Source: a virus. Taken from it: a stretch of DNA of 64,000 nucleotides. The notes below the pieces were generated by a model that had not been told where the DNA came from, made no database searches, and saw only the letters and a program-made list of their open reading frames with translations. This document shows positions 8,735 to 17,275 of this stretch, in pieces. Where the stretch lies: positions 53,379 to 117,378 of IMG/VR virus record IMGVR_UViG_3300023180_005138; one strand, written 5' to 3'. Position numbers and translations under genes: made by a program. Numbering within the stretch: position 1 is the stretch's first letter; each line of letters starts with the position of its first letter.

Positions 8735-9303
8735 AAAAGATAATATTTTTTAACGGACCTCCTAGATGTGGTAAAGATACTGCATCTAACGGTCTCCTAT
8801 CTCATTATGAAAAATCAGAAAATATTAAGTTTTCAGAGTCTTTAAAATCTTCTTTGCCTAAGTTTTTTGGTATTTCCGATGACTATGTAAGTGCCCTAGA
8901 AAATCATAAAGAGTTTCCTCTCGAAATTTTATTAGGCAAAACTTGGAGAGAGGTGCAGATCTCTTTATCTGAGTATTGGGCTAAACCAATATTCGGTAAA
9001 GATGTATTTGGTAGAATAGCATCTAATAGAATAAAACACTCTAATAATGAAATTTTTTTTATTAGTGATAGCGGATTCTATGAAGAAGCCCATACTTTAG
9101 TAGAAGATTTTGGAGTAAAAAATTGTTTACTAATAAGAGTAAAGCGAGAAGGTTACGATTTTTCGTCAGATAGTAGAAGTTACTGGAATAATATTGATGA
9201 CATTTATGAAACAGCAGTGTATAATAATAAAGATATAAATTCTTTAATAGAAACATGTATTAAAGAAATAAATAGGTGGCTAAATAATGACAACAGTTTT
9301 TAA
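8731..9303 (+). CDS. P-loop kinase, deoxynucleoside monophosphate kinase-like
   Basis: NGPPRCGKDT, WREVQISLSE, ISDSGF; sits between nrdA and nrdB. Confidence 0.7.
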   Translation: MKKIIFFNGPPRCGKDTASNGLLSHYEKSENIKFSESLKSSLPKFFGISDDYVSALENHKEFPLEILLGKTWREVQISLSEYWAKPIFGKDVFGRIASNRIKHSNNEIFFISDSGFYEEAHTLVEDFGVKNCLLIRVKREGYDFSSDSRSYWNNIDDIYETAVYNNKDINSLIETCIKEINRWLNNDNSF

Positions 9304-10387
9304 TAAGAATAAAATAGATTTTACTAAACAGCCTATGTTCTTTGGAGAAGAGTTAAATTCTCAAAGATACGATGCTTTTAAGTATCCAATTTTTGATAAG
9401 CTAACGCAAAGTCAGCTTGGATATTTTTGGCGCCCAGAAGAAGTATCTCTTCAAAAAGATCGTAATGATTATAATGAACTTAGAGAAGAACAAAAATTTA
9501 TTTTTACTTCTAATCTAAAATATCAAACGCTGTTAGATTCTGTTCAAGGTAGAGGACCTGCGCTAGCTTTTATACCTTTCTGTACTCTTCCAGAACTAGA
9601 AGCTTGTATGATTACTTGGGACTTTTTTGAGACTATCCATAGTCGTTCATATACGCATATAATGAAAAATGTGTATTCTAATCCTAGTGAAGTATTTGAT
9701 ACTATTCTAGATGACCCTATGATTATTGAAAGAGCTGAAAGCGTAACTAAAACCTACGATGATTTTATTGAGTATGGAAACCGTTTTAAGCTTGGATTAG
9801 TAAATGATACTAGAGAACTTAAAAAGAGGCTCTGGTTAGCTTTAATTAATGTTAATATACTAGAAGGAATTAGATTTTATGTAAGTTTTGCTTGTACTTT
9901 TGCCTTTGGCGAACTAAAACTGATGGAAGGTAGTGCTAAAATTATTTCGCTGATTGCTAGAGATGAATCTCAGCACCTTGCTATTACTCAGCATATTATT
10001 AAAAACTATCGTGCTGCTGAAGGTGATTCAGAGATGCGAGAAGTTATTAAAGAATGCACTCCTACTGTTTATCAGATGTATAAAGATGCAGTTGCGGAAG
10101 AAAAACGTTGGGCTGAGTATCTTTTTGAACATGGTTCAATGGTAGGACTAAACGCAAAACTTTTATCAGATTATGTAGAGTGGGTTGCCAATAAACGTAT
10201 GAAAGCTATTGGATTAGAAGCAATATTTAGTCAGAAAACTAATAATAACCCACTTCCTTGGACACAACATTGGTTAAATTCAAGAGAACTTCAAAATGCT
10301 CCTCAAGAGACAGAAATTGAATCCTACATAGTAGGAGGAATTAAACAAGACATTAATAAAAATACCTTTGAAGGATTTAAACTATGA
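9287..10387 (+). CDS. nrdB: Ribonucleotide reductase class Ia beta subunit
   Basis: FWRPEEV, LDSVQGR, ETIHSRSY, LEGIRFY, RDESQH di-iron motifs. Confidence 0.96.
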   Translation: MTTVFNKNKIDFTKQPMFFGEELNSQRYDAFKYPIFDKLTQSQLGYFWRPEEVSLQKDRNDYNELREEQKFIFTSNLKYQTLLDSVQGRGPALAFIPFCTLPELEACMITWDFFETIHSRSYTHIMKNVYSNPSEVFDTILDDPMIIERAESVTKTYDDFIEYGNRFKLGLVNDTRELKKRLWLALINVNILEGIRFYVSFACTFAFGELKLMEGSAKIISLIARDESQHLAITQHIIKNYRAAEGDSEMREVIKECTPTVYQMYKDAVAEEKRWAEYLFEHGSMVGLNAKLLSDYVEWVANKRMKAIGLEAIFSQKTNNNPLPWTQHWLNSRELQNAPQETEIESYIVGGIKQDINKNTFEGFKL

Positions 10388-10629
10388 GTAAAAATATTAT
10401 ATGGTCAAAAGACGATTGCATTTTTTGTCAAAAAGCAAAGTATGAATTAGAGTCAAGAAGCATTCCTTATGAAGAAAGAAAATTAGGAGATGGTTGGACA
10501 AAAGAACAGTTACTAGAAATAGTGCCGGATGCTAAAACTGTACCTCAAATATTCATGTGGGGTAAATATGTAGGAGGGTATACAGACCTACAAAATTACA
10601 TTGAGAATCATGGAATGAACGTTGGCTAG
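10384..10629 (+). CDS. Glutaredoxin
   Basis: CIFC active site, TVPQIF, GGYTDL. Confidence 0.9.
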   Translation: MSKNIIWSKDDCIFCQKAKYELESRSIPYEERKLGDGWTKEQLLEIVPDAKTVPQIFMWGKYVGGYTDLQNYIENHGMNVG

Positions 10630-11065
10630 CCGTAGTAAAATAAAAGGCTCTGCTTATGAGGCTAAGATTAGAGATTTATTAACAAAAGAGCTTAAAATAG
10701 AATTTAAACGTATGCCTCTCAGTGGTGCTATTGAATACCTAAAAGGTGATCTATGGACTCCCCATGACACAGCTGCTTGGCCTTATTGTATAGAATGTAA
10801 ACACTATGCAGAAGTAAACTGGAACGGACTTTTAACCGCTACATCTTCTGATTTATTAAACTTTTGGAGACAAGCTGTTAGAGAGGCAGAAGTCATGAAA
10901 AAGAAACCTCTTGTTATTTACAGGTGGAATCGTTCTAAAGATTATATTTGTTGGAATGATGAGATAGAGTTAGAGAATCAAATTCACTGTCAAGTCTTTG
11001 ATTGTAACTTTAAAATGGGATTACTCCAAGACTGGTTAAAAGTTTACAAAAAGATTGCTAAATGA
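10622..11065 (+). CDS. PD-(D/E)xK Holliday-junction-resolvase-like endonuclease (T5 D14-like)
   Basis: KGSAYE...PLSGA...KGDL...IECKHY; T5 D14-like position before the flap endonuclease. Confidence 0.75.
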   Translation: MASRSKIKGSAYEAKIRDLLTKELKIEFKRMPLSGAIEYLKGDLWTPHDTAAWPYCIECKHYAEVNWNGLLTATSSDLLNFWRQAVREAEVMKKKPLVIYRWNRSKDYICWNDEIELENQIHCQVFDCNFKMGLLQDWLKVYKKIAK

Positions 11066-11083
11066 CTGAAATTGTTATATAAT
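11055..11083 (+). promoter_or_regulatory. Strong sigma70-type promoter TTGCTA-N17-TATAAT
   Basis: -35 at 11055-11060, -10 at 11078-11083. Confidence 0.75.
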
Positions 11084-11114
11084 ATATTATAACTTAAAAC
11101 AGAAAGAAATAAAA

Positions 11115-11969
11115 ATGAATACAAAAACTTGGGATGACTTAGCGGAGGTTGAGAACATTAAATCTCAGCCTAAGTCTCTACTTCTTATTGACGGTAATAA
11201 TCTAGCCTACCGTTGGTTACACCGTAAAAACTACAATTCTTTTCAAGATGATTATCTCCGAACACTAGAAAGCTTATCAGGAAGTTATAATGCAGAAAAA
11301 ACTATTGTATGTTTTGATTTTGGTAAAAGTTATTATAGAATGGATTTGCTTGATTCTTACAAAGGAAATAGATCTAAACCTAAAGAGGAAGAAGAACAAA
11401 AACATTACGAAGAGTTTTTTGCCTGTCTCAATGATATCCCAGAAATGTTACCTTATCAATCTCTAAAATTTAGAGGATTAGAGGCGGATGATATTATAAC
11501 TTTCTTAGTTATGAATTTATCTGATAGATACGAACATACTTGGATCGTAACAAGTGACCGAGATATGTATCAACTACTATCTGATAAGGTAAGTATCTTC
11601 AATATATTTTCACGAAAAGAAATTGACTTAGGAAGTTTCTATGAGACTTATGAACTAGAACCTACTCAATACCTATTCTCTCGTATTTTAGAGGGTGATA
11701 AAAGCGATAATATTATAGGAGTGGAAGGTGTAGGACCTAAAAGAGCACAACAGTTAGCTAAGGAGTATGAATCTTTAACTGCTTTATTAAGTGACCTACC
11801 TCTTAAAGGAAAATCTAAATACATTCAAAATATTAATCAAAGTAAGGATAAACTACTTCAGAACGAACAACTTATTTCATTAAAAAAATATAATAAATCT
11901 GTAGTTCAGGCAGCTAAAGATGGTCAAGAAGTATGGGAGACGCTATGCGAGATGGTGAACAACTGGTAG
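11115..11969 (+). CDS. 5'-3' exonuclease / flap endonuclease (T5 D15-like)
   Basis: LLIDGNNLAYR, YKGNR, EADDII, SDRDMYQL, GDKSDNIIGVEGVGPK. Confidence 0.92.
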   Translation: MNTKTWDDLAEVENIKSQPKSLLLIDGNNLAYRWLHRKNYNSFQDDYLRTLESLSGSYNAEKTIVCFDFGKSYYRMDLLDSYKGNRSKPKEEEEQKHYEEFFACLNDIPEMLPYQSLKFRGLEADDIITFLVMNLSDRYEHTWIVTSDRDMYQLLSDKVSIFNIFSRKEIDLGSFYETYELEPTQYLFSRILEGDKSDNIIGVEGVGPKRAQQLAKEYESLTALLSDLPLKGKSKYIQNINQSKDKLLQNEQLISLKKYNKSVVQAAKDGQEVWETLCEMVNNW

Positions 11970-12541
11970 TTTTATATGAAATATCTAGTTTAGCACAAGA
12001 AATAAGTAAAAAATATAATATAGAGTGGGGACTTATCCAAGAGTCTCCATTCGATTCTGTTTACTATTTAAGAAGTGCCAATCCCAAAGATATAGTAGTT
12101 TCTAGTAAATCCTTAGAAACTATACGCACAGGTATTTACGTACAGTTAACAGACCCTCGCGTAAGAATGGAAGTTATTACTAATTCTAATGTCTTACGGA
12201 GTAAAAATATAGGAGTGTTAAATAACGTATTTGATTATGATTTTAGAAATGAATTAACGCTAATTATTTATAATTATGGAAATATAGAGCAAACTATCTC
12301 TCAAGGAGAAATTATAGCTAATCTAAGTTTTAGAAGATTTCCTTTAGTAACATTTAAAAATGTTACTATGATAGAGCCTGGAGAAAAATATAAAGGCACT
12401 AAAGACAATAACTGGATTCAAGAAGAGAAAAAAGAAAGAAAACAAGATATAGTCGCTAAAAACTATATAAATAAGTCTGAGGAAAATATTAAAATTAATA
12501 AACATATGGTGCATAAAATAATCAAAGAAAGAACAGAATGA
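11933..12541 (+). CDS. Trimeric dUTPase-fold protein with degenerate catalytic motifs
   Basis: T5 dut position. IRTGIYVQL and FDYDFRNEL resemble dUTPase; motifs I, II and V are not recognisable. The start could be 11945. Confidence 0.6.
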   Translation: MGDAMRDGEQLVVLYEISSLAQEISKKYNIEWGLIQESPFDSVYYLRSANPKDIVVSSKSLETIRTGIYVQLTDPRVRMEVITNSNVLRSKNIGVLNNVFDYDFRNELTLIIYNYGNIEQTISQGEIIANLSFRRFPLVTFKNVTMIEPGEKYKGTKDNNWIQEEKKERKQDIVAKNYINKSEENIKINKHMVHKIIKERTE

Positions 12542-12744
12542 AAAAATACTTATTAATACTTTCTCATATTATTCTATATGTACTTGTAGTAGTCATAGGA
12601 TATTTTGAGTATCAATATTATAATTCTATATATCATACACTACTTATAATAGCTATACTATCTATTAATATTAATATATGGTATCAATCAACTCACACTA
12701 AAATTTTGTATTTAGCACTGAAAAAATGGTTAGGATGGAAATAA
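12538..12744 (+). CDS. Small two-helix membrane protein
   Basis: Two hydrophobic stretches; overlaps both neighbours. Confidence 0.55.
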   Translation: MKKYLLILSHIILYVLVVVIGYFEYQYYNSIYHTLLIIAILSININIWYQSTHTKILYLALKKWLGWK

Positions 12745-13406
12745 TGAAAGTAAAATTAATATCTCACTCTATTAGTGATATGGAAGGGCTAGTAGACTGT
12801 CAAGATTTAGTAGCCTATTGTGCAAGGGTTTCTAACCCTGCAAATCAAATGAATAAGGAAACTTCAGAAAAACTTATTAAATATTTAATTAAACACGGTC
12901 ACTGGTCGCCTCTTGAAATGGTTAACGCTTGTTTAGAAATTGAAACTACAAGAGATATTGCTAGACAGGTGCTACGACACCGCAGTTTTAGTTTTCAAGA
13001 ATTTTCTCAACGATACGCCGATCCTTCTGCTATGGGAGATATGTTTGTTGATAGAGAGGCAAGACTTCAAGATGAGAAAAATAGACAAAATTCTGTAGAG
13101 CTGGATAAAGACAGTAACATTCATAATGAATGGGCTTGCGAACAAATAGCGATAATGAAAGCTGCAGAAGACGCCTATAAATGGGCTATTAGTAATGGTA
13201 TTGCTAAAGAACAAGCTAGAGCAGTTTTACCGGAAGGACTAACTGTATCTAAATTATATATGAATGGTACTCTTCGTTCTTGGGTTCACTATATCGAACT
13301 CCGTAGTGGACACGGAACTCAAAAAGAACATATGGAAATAGCCCGTGCTTGCGCTGATGCGATAGAACCTATATTTCCTATGATTAGAGATTTTGTACAC
13401 GAATGA
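12744..13406 (+). CDS. thyX: Flavin-dependent thymidylate synthase
   Basis: HWSPLEM, RHRSFSFQEFSQRY, NGTLRSWVHY. The start is placed at the TAATG overlap at 12744 (ORF track begins at 12726). Confidence 0.95.
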   Translation: MKVKLISHSISDMEGLVDCQDLVAYCARVSNPANQMNKETSEKLIKYLIKHGHWSPLEMVNACLEIETTRDIARQVLRHRSFSFQEFSQRYADPSAMGDMFVDREARLQDEKNRQNSVELDKDSNIHNEWACEQIAIMKAAEDAYKWAISNGIAKEQARAVLPEGLTVSKLYMNGTLRSWVHYIELRSGHGTQKEHMEIARACADAIEPIFPMIRDFVHE

Positions 13407-14518
13407 TAGCTTTTCATACTCAATACTATAGAGGATTGGGTCATGCTATGCGGGTTAAGTATATCTCTGATAACTTACCCGCAAATTCATTTATAATGAT
13501 AAATCAATTATTCAATCCTCCTATTGAATATAATACTGAGTATGCTTATTATTTAGAAGAAAAGCCTGATAAGTTAGAGAATGACTATAGATTCTTAATG
13601 AAAAAAGAACGAGTCAGAAGAAGACTTGTTAGGTTGTTAGATATATTTGATAAACACCCAGAAATTACTAAATTAGTATGTGAAGGGTTTCCTTTTTGTA
13701 GGCAACAATTTTCCTATGAATATTTTTCTATGTTCGAAGAATGTAAAAAGAGAGATATTCAAATTATTATTAGTGTAAGAGATTTTCCTTGGGATGAGCC
13801 TCACTATGAAGGTCTTCAAGACTGGATAGCTAATACAATAAACCAAACTATTCTACATTACGATTGTAAAATTTTAATACACGGAGATGATAAAGTTATG
13901 CCTTTGATGGCAGATGCTATAAGAAATTATCAGTGGTCAGAACTAGAAAAGCCTATTAAAGATAAAATAATTTATACAGGATATGTTTGTAACCCTCATA
14001 TAAAGCCTCATAAAAAAGAAAACAATAACGTATATATCAGCTGCGGACTAAATAAAGAAGAAGCATTTTTTATTTATAGTAAAATTCTTAGAAATTTATC
14101 AAAAAAATTTCCTAATCTTAATTTTATAGTTCCTTTAGGAGACTCAGAGTTATTTTCTAAGATAGGAAGCAGAGCTTCAGGTAATGTAAATATTGTTAAT
14201 TATATTCCAAACTTATCTAAAAAATTAGAAAGCTGTACTGCGTATATAACATACGGCGGATATAATAGCACTACAGACATACTTAAAGCTAGAATACCTT
14301 CAATTATAATACCTAGACAAGACGGGCATAAACTCGAACAGCTAATTAGGTGCTTTAAATTTGAAGAATATGACTGGTTTAAAGTATGTTCTTATCACTC
14401 GTTATTTAATATAGATAAACAACTAAATTCAATTTTAGAAGATAGTAGTTTTCCTAGAAAAACTTTTATTAATTTGGACGGAGCGGATATAAGTGCCAGA
14501 CTCATTGAAGACTTTTAA
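13403..14518 (+). CDS. GT-B fold glycosyltransferase (GT28 C-terminal-like / COG4671-like)
   Basis: RGLGHAMR, EGFPF, GGYNSTTDILKARIPSIIIPR...EQLIR. Confidence 0.72.
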   Translation: MIAFHTQYYRGLGHAMRVKYISDNLPANSFIMINQLFNPPIEYNTEYAYYLEEKPDKLENDYRFLMKKERVRRRLVRLLDIFDKHPEITKLVCEGFPFCRQQFSYEYFSMFEECKKRDIQIIISVRDFPWDEPHYEGLQDWIANTINQTILHYDCKILIHGDDKVMPLMADAIRNYQWSELEKPIKDKIIYTGYVCNPHIKPHKKENNNVYISCGLNKEEAFFIYSKILRNLSKKFPNLNFIVPLGDSELFSKIGSRASGNVNIVNYIPNLSKKLESCTAYITYGGYNSTTDILKARIPSIIIPRQDGHKLEQLIRCFKFEEYDWFKVCSYHSLFNIDKQLNSILEDSSFPRKTFINLDGADISARLIEDF

Positions 14519-15044
14519 AAAACTAGAAAATAATTGGAAACAAGGTCTAAAACAGACGGAATTTAAATACATAGAGTGGATTATTAAGAATAATAGATAT
14601 GATTTATTTTTAAGTAAAGAACCTAGAAAAAATTGGATAAGAGAGACTTTATTAGAAAAAAAGTGTGCTTCTAAATTTAAAACTTGTAAGACTCTTGTTA
14701 TGGTAGGTTCTGGTATGTATCCATATAGCTTAGTAGATTTACATAAAGAATATCCAAATATGAAAATGATTGGATTAGACTACGATGAAAAATGTGTAAA
14801 ACTAAGTAAGCACCTAATAGAGAAATGTAAGATAAAAAACATAGAAATAATATTTATAGATGGTAAAAAATATGATTATTCTAATTTAGATCACGAAGAC
14901 TTAGTATTTTTTAGTATTGATGTTGAAGGTATTGATGAGATTTTTCAAAGAGTTATAGAAACAAGTAGGGCGCAGCCTTATATCTGCGCCCCAGGTAAAC
15001 ATGCTTGGTTTAAGAATACGTTTGGTGATTATTTAAAAAGTTAG
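14493..15044 (+). CDS. Class I SAM-dependent methyltransferase-fold protein (nicotianamine-synthase-like motif I)
   Basis: VMVGSGMYPYS...IGLDYD...IDG. Confidence 0.6.
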   Translation: MPDSLKTFKKLENNWKQGLKQTEFKYIEWIIKNNRYDLFLSKEPRKNWIRETLLEKKCASKFKTCKTLVMVGSGMYPYSLVDLHKEYPNMKMIGLDYDEKCVKLSKHLIEKCKIKNIEIIFIDGKKYDYSNLDHEDLVFFSIDVEGIDEIFQRVIETSRAQPYICAPGKHAWFKNTFGDYLKS

Positions 15045-15179
15045 TTTTTTTGGTTTTTTATTGATAGAAATACCTTTACCAGAAATTAAGCGTACAGCAA
15101 TAGAATCTTTTTTCTTTTTGCTGTACGCTTTTTTCTTTACTTTAGGCATTGTTTGTTGTAAAAACGCTGGAATATCCAT
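15033..15179 (-). CDS. Small Lys-rich protein (48 aa, MDIPAFLQQTMPKVKKKAYSKKKK...), not in the ORF track
   Basis: My translation; ATG overlaps the upstream stop (TAATG at 15177-15181). Confidence 0.6.
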   Translation of the reverse strand: MDIPAFLQQTMPKVKKKAYSKKKKDSIAVRLISGKGISINKKPKKLTF

Positions 15180-15418
15180 TATTCGCCTTTTTGTTTTACA
15201 ACTTTTTTACCATAGTTTAGTTGTCTTTGAGGATACGTTCCTAGATCAAGTCCGGTTCCGTTATATACCGCTTTGAGTTCTCTTGATGCAGAGTCTCCTT
15301 CACGATACTTCATAACAGTTTTTTGCTTACGAACAGGATCATATTCTTCGGGCATGCCATAACGATTGTCACCAATCATAACAACCCTACGTTCTCCTTT
15401 TCCTGCCGCTCCTGCCAT
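15179..15418 (-). CDS. Hypothetical protein (79 aa)
   Basis: GGAGGA ribosome binding site upstream. Confidence 0.75.
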   Translation of the reverse strand: MAGAAGKGERRVVMIGDNRYGMPEEYDPVRKQKTVMKYREGDSASRELKAVYNGTGLDLGTYPQRQLNYGKKVVKQKGE

Positions 15419-15433
15419 TTAACTATCCTCCTA

Positions 15434-15697
15434 TTAGAAACGACCCTTGCCGTTACCGCTCATTGAAGTTCCGGTAGCGCCAAGTGAACCATTTTGTGGC
15501 CCTTTTGAAAGGCCATGAGCATCTGTATCTGCTCCTGCATTATTACCGATAAGGCCGGGGGCGTCCTTTAAATACTTCTTACCGGTTGCATCGCCAGAAG
15601 CACCTGGACCCATATCTGTTCCTCCCTGTGGATTCATCTCATATGAGTTTCCTAGGGCTGCTGCAACGCCAGTAACTTCTTTTCTTACTGCTGCCAT
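15434..15697 (-). CDS. Gly-rich hypothetical protein (87 aa)
   Basis: AGGAG ribosome binding site and a promoter upstream. Confidence 0.75.
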   Translation of the reverse strand: MAAVRKEVTGVAAALGNSYEMNPQGGTDMGPGASGDATGKKYLKDAPGLIGNNAGADTDAHGLSKGPQNGSLGATGTSMSGNGKGRF

Positions 15698-15755
15698 TTT
15701 AAGTTCTCCTTTTTAGTTCTTAACTAACTAGCTTGTACAAATTAGCTATATATAA

Positions 15756-15784
15756 ATTATATCTTGCTAAAGTAAATTTAGCAA
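15756..15784 (-). promoter_or_regulatory. Sigma70-type promoter TTGCTA-N17-TATAAT overlapped by an 8-bp inverted repeat
   Basis: -35 at 15784-15779, -10 at 15761-15756; inverted repeat TTGCTAAA-N5-TTTAGCAA at 15764-15784. Confidence 0.72.
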
Positions 15785-15800
15785 TAGTTATTTTCAAAAA

Positions 15801-16022
15801 TTATTTTATTTCTAGTTGGACTACTTTTTGTTTTTTCTCTTCCAAAGAAAGTACTTTTTCGTTTTCTATCATATCAATAATAATATTAGTAATATTTATT
15901 TCTTTTTGTAAGTCATGTACTCTTATTTGGAGCTTTTGCAAAGCTTCTAAATAATAATCAAGTTCTTGTTGTTTTTTAAGTCTTGACTCTACTAACTCTA
16001 CTAGAGAAATAACTTCTCCCAT
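15801..16022 (-). CDS. Coiled-coil hypothetical protein (73 aa, MGEVISLVELVESRLKK...)
   Basis: Start moved to ATG 16022, directly after the stop of 16024-16191 (track start 16061 overlaps that gene). Confidence 0.7.
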   Translation of the reverse strand: MGEVISLVELVESRLKKQQELDYYLEALQKLQIRVHDLQKEINITNIIIDMIENEKVLSLEEKKQKVVQLEIK

Positions 16023-16023
16023 A

Positions 16024-16191
16024 TTACTCTGATTTCCAAGCTGTCCATGCACCATAGGCAATTGCTGCCCAACAAATAAGATTCATTGGAATTATTGCTG
16101 AGAAGAAGAGCCCAATAACGCCAACAGCGATAAGAGCACCGCCGTCCCAAGATGTACGTTCTTTAATTCTATCTTTAATCCAATTAATCAT
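16024..16191 (-). CDS. Small membrane protein (55 aa, MINWIKDRIKERTSWDGGALIAVG...), not in the ORF track
   Basis: My translation; GGAGG ribosome binding site, ATGA overlap, two hydrophobic helices. Confidence 0.75.
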   Translation of the reverse strand: MINWIKDRIKERTSWDGGALIAVGVIGLFFSAIIPMNLICWAAIAYGAWTAWKSE

Positions 16192-16328
16192 TTCTTTTTT
16201 CCTCCTTTTGGTTTTTTATAACCAGAAGCATATGCAGCAGCAGCTTGTTTTGCTGCTTGACCTTTTGTGGGGTAAACCTTACCAGAACTACCCCAACGAT
16301 AACCGCCTTTTACTTTTCTAATAGGCAT
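16188..16328 (-). CDS. Small basic protein (46 aa, MPIRKVKGGYRWGSSGKVYPTKGQAAKQ...), not in the ORF track
   Basis: My translation; AAGGAG ribosome binding site. Confidence 0.75.
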   Translation of the reverse strand: MPIRKVKGGYRWGSSGKVYPTKGQAAKQAAAAYASGYKKPKGGKKK

Positions 16329-16338
16329 TTTAGTCTCC

Positions 16339-17205
16339 TTACATATGTGTATGTGCTTTAGATTCTAGGATTTTTAAATCCTTTGCGGGTACTCCTTTAG
16401 CAATTCCATTAGAAAATACTACATCATAAAATTCAACAGTTCCATCTTTTTCTAATGAATGAGTTGTTGGAATGCACATTCCAAAGCCCATCTTTTCATG
16501 TTGCACAGATAACGCGCATACATGCTCAATACCTTGTGCGGTTGGTGGCAGAGGCATATCTTCTTCGTGAACTGCTTGAGGCTTTGGCTCATAACGCTCA
16601 CCAAATTTATAATATGTATAAACTGCTTCAATCATATGATCCATTTCGGCCATTTTAGCTTGTACCCAAGACTCAAGTTCATCATCAGGTTCAATCATAC
16701 TAAGCATCTCACCAGCATACATAATTAATTTTCTAAGAGAAGCACGAGCCATACGTCCTTCGCCATATTCTTTTTCTTTGTCCATTGTTGTAATTTCTCC
16801 GTACATTTTCTTTTCCTCTTCTACGGCTTTATCAGGTAAAGCGGGATTAATTTTCTTGTAGGGGTGTCTAATCTGTTCAATATGCATTGGAAGATAATCA
16901 AACATGTCAACAATTTCCATATCAAGTTCAGCAGAAACCATACCAATAGCGTAAGTTGTCATATGAGATAGCATTACAGCCTCTTCAACTTGATCCATAT
17001 CTACTTCAGTACTACCAATTTCATAAAGAGCTTTTTCAATACCAAACATAGCATCTTGATATTTCATTGCTGAAAGCACATCTTCTCTAGACTGCTTACT
17101 CATATCAGGAATCATTGCTTTTAATTTTGTAAAGGCTTGAACGGCTCCCATACAAATATCAAAGTTTTTAGTGGTGTATCCCATAAGTTCTACTTGATTT
17201 TCCAT
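16339..17205 (-). CDS. Acidic, Met-rich multi-domain hypothetical protein (possible virion/head component)
   Basis: AGGAG ribosome binding site. Segments such as TKNFDIC, ELESWVQAK and YDVVFSNG recall small domains of marine T4-like phages (recollection, unverified). Confidence 0.7.
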   Translation of the reverse strand: MENQVELMGYTTKNFDICMGAVQAFTKLKAMIPDMSKQSREDVLSAMKYQDAMFGIEKALYEIGSTEVDMDQVEEAVMLSHMTTYAIGMVSAELDMEIVDMFDYLPMHIEQIRHPYKKINPALPDKAVEEEKKMYGEITTMDKEKEYGEGRMARASLRKLIMYAGEMLSMIEPDDELESWVQAKMAEMDHMIEAVYTYYKFGERYEPKPQAVHEEDMPLPPTAQGIEHVCALSVQHEKMGFGMCIPTTHSLEKDGTVEFYDVVFSNGIAKGVPAKDLKILESKAHTHM

Positions 17206-17275
17206 TAGACATCTCCTAAAATTTTCTTTTATTATAACTTTTATACTATTTTACTTCCAGTTAAAAATTCTTAAA

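Noticed and set aside
15061-15276. 71-aa + strand ORF in the track
   Set aside because: It overlaps two better-supported minus-strand ORFs (15033-15179 and 15179-15418) that have coupling signals; its Phe-rich composition reflects antisense Lys codons.
17206-17275. Possible promoter upstream of the 288-aa gene (TATAAT at 17236-17231)
   Set aside because: The -35 position reads TGGAAG and the region is very AT-rich, so the match is too weak to call.
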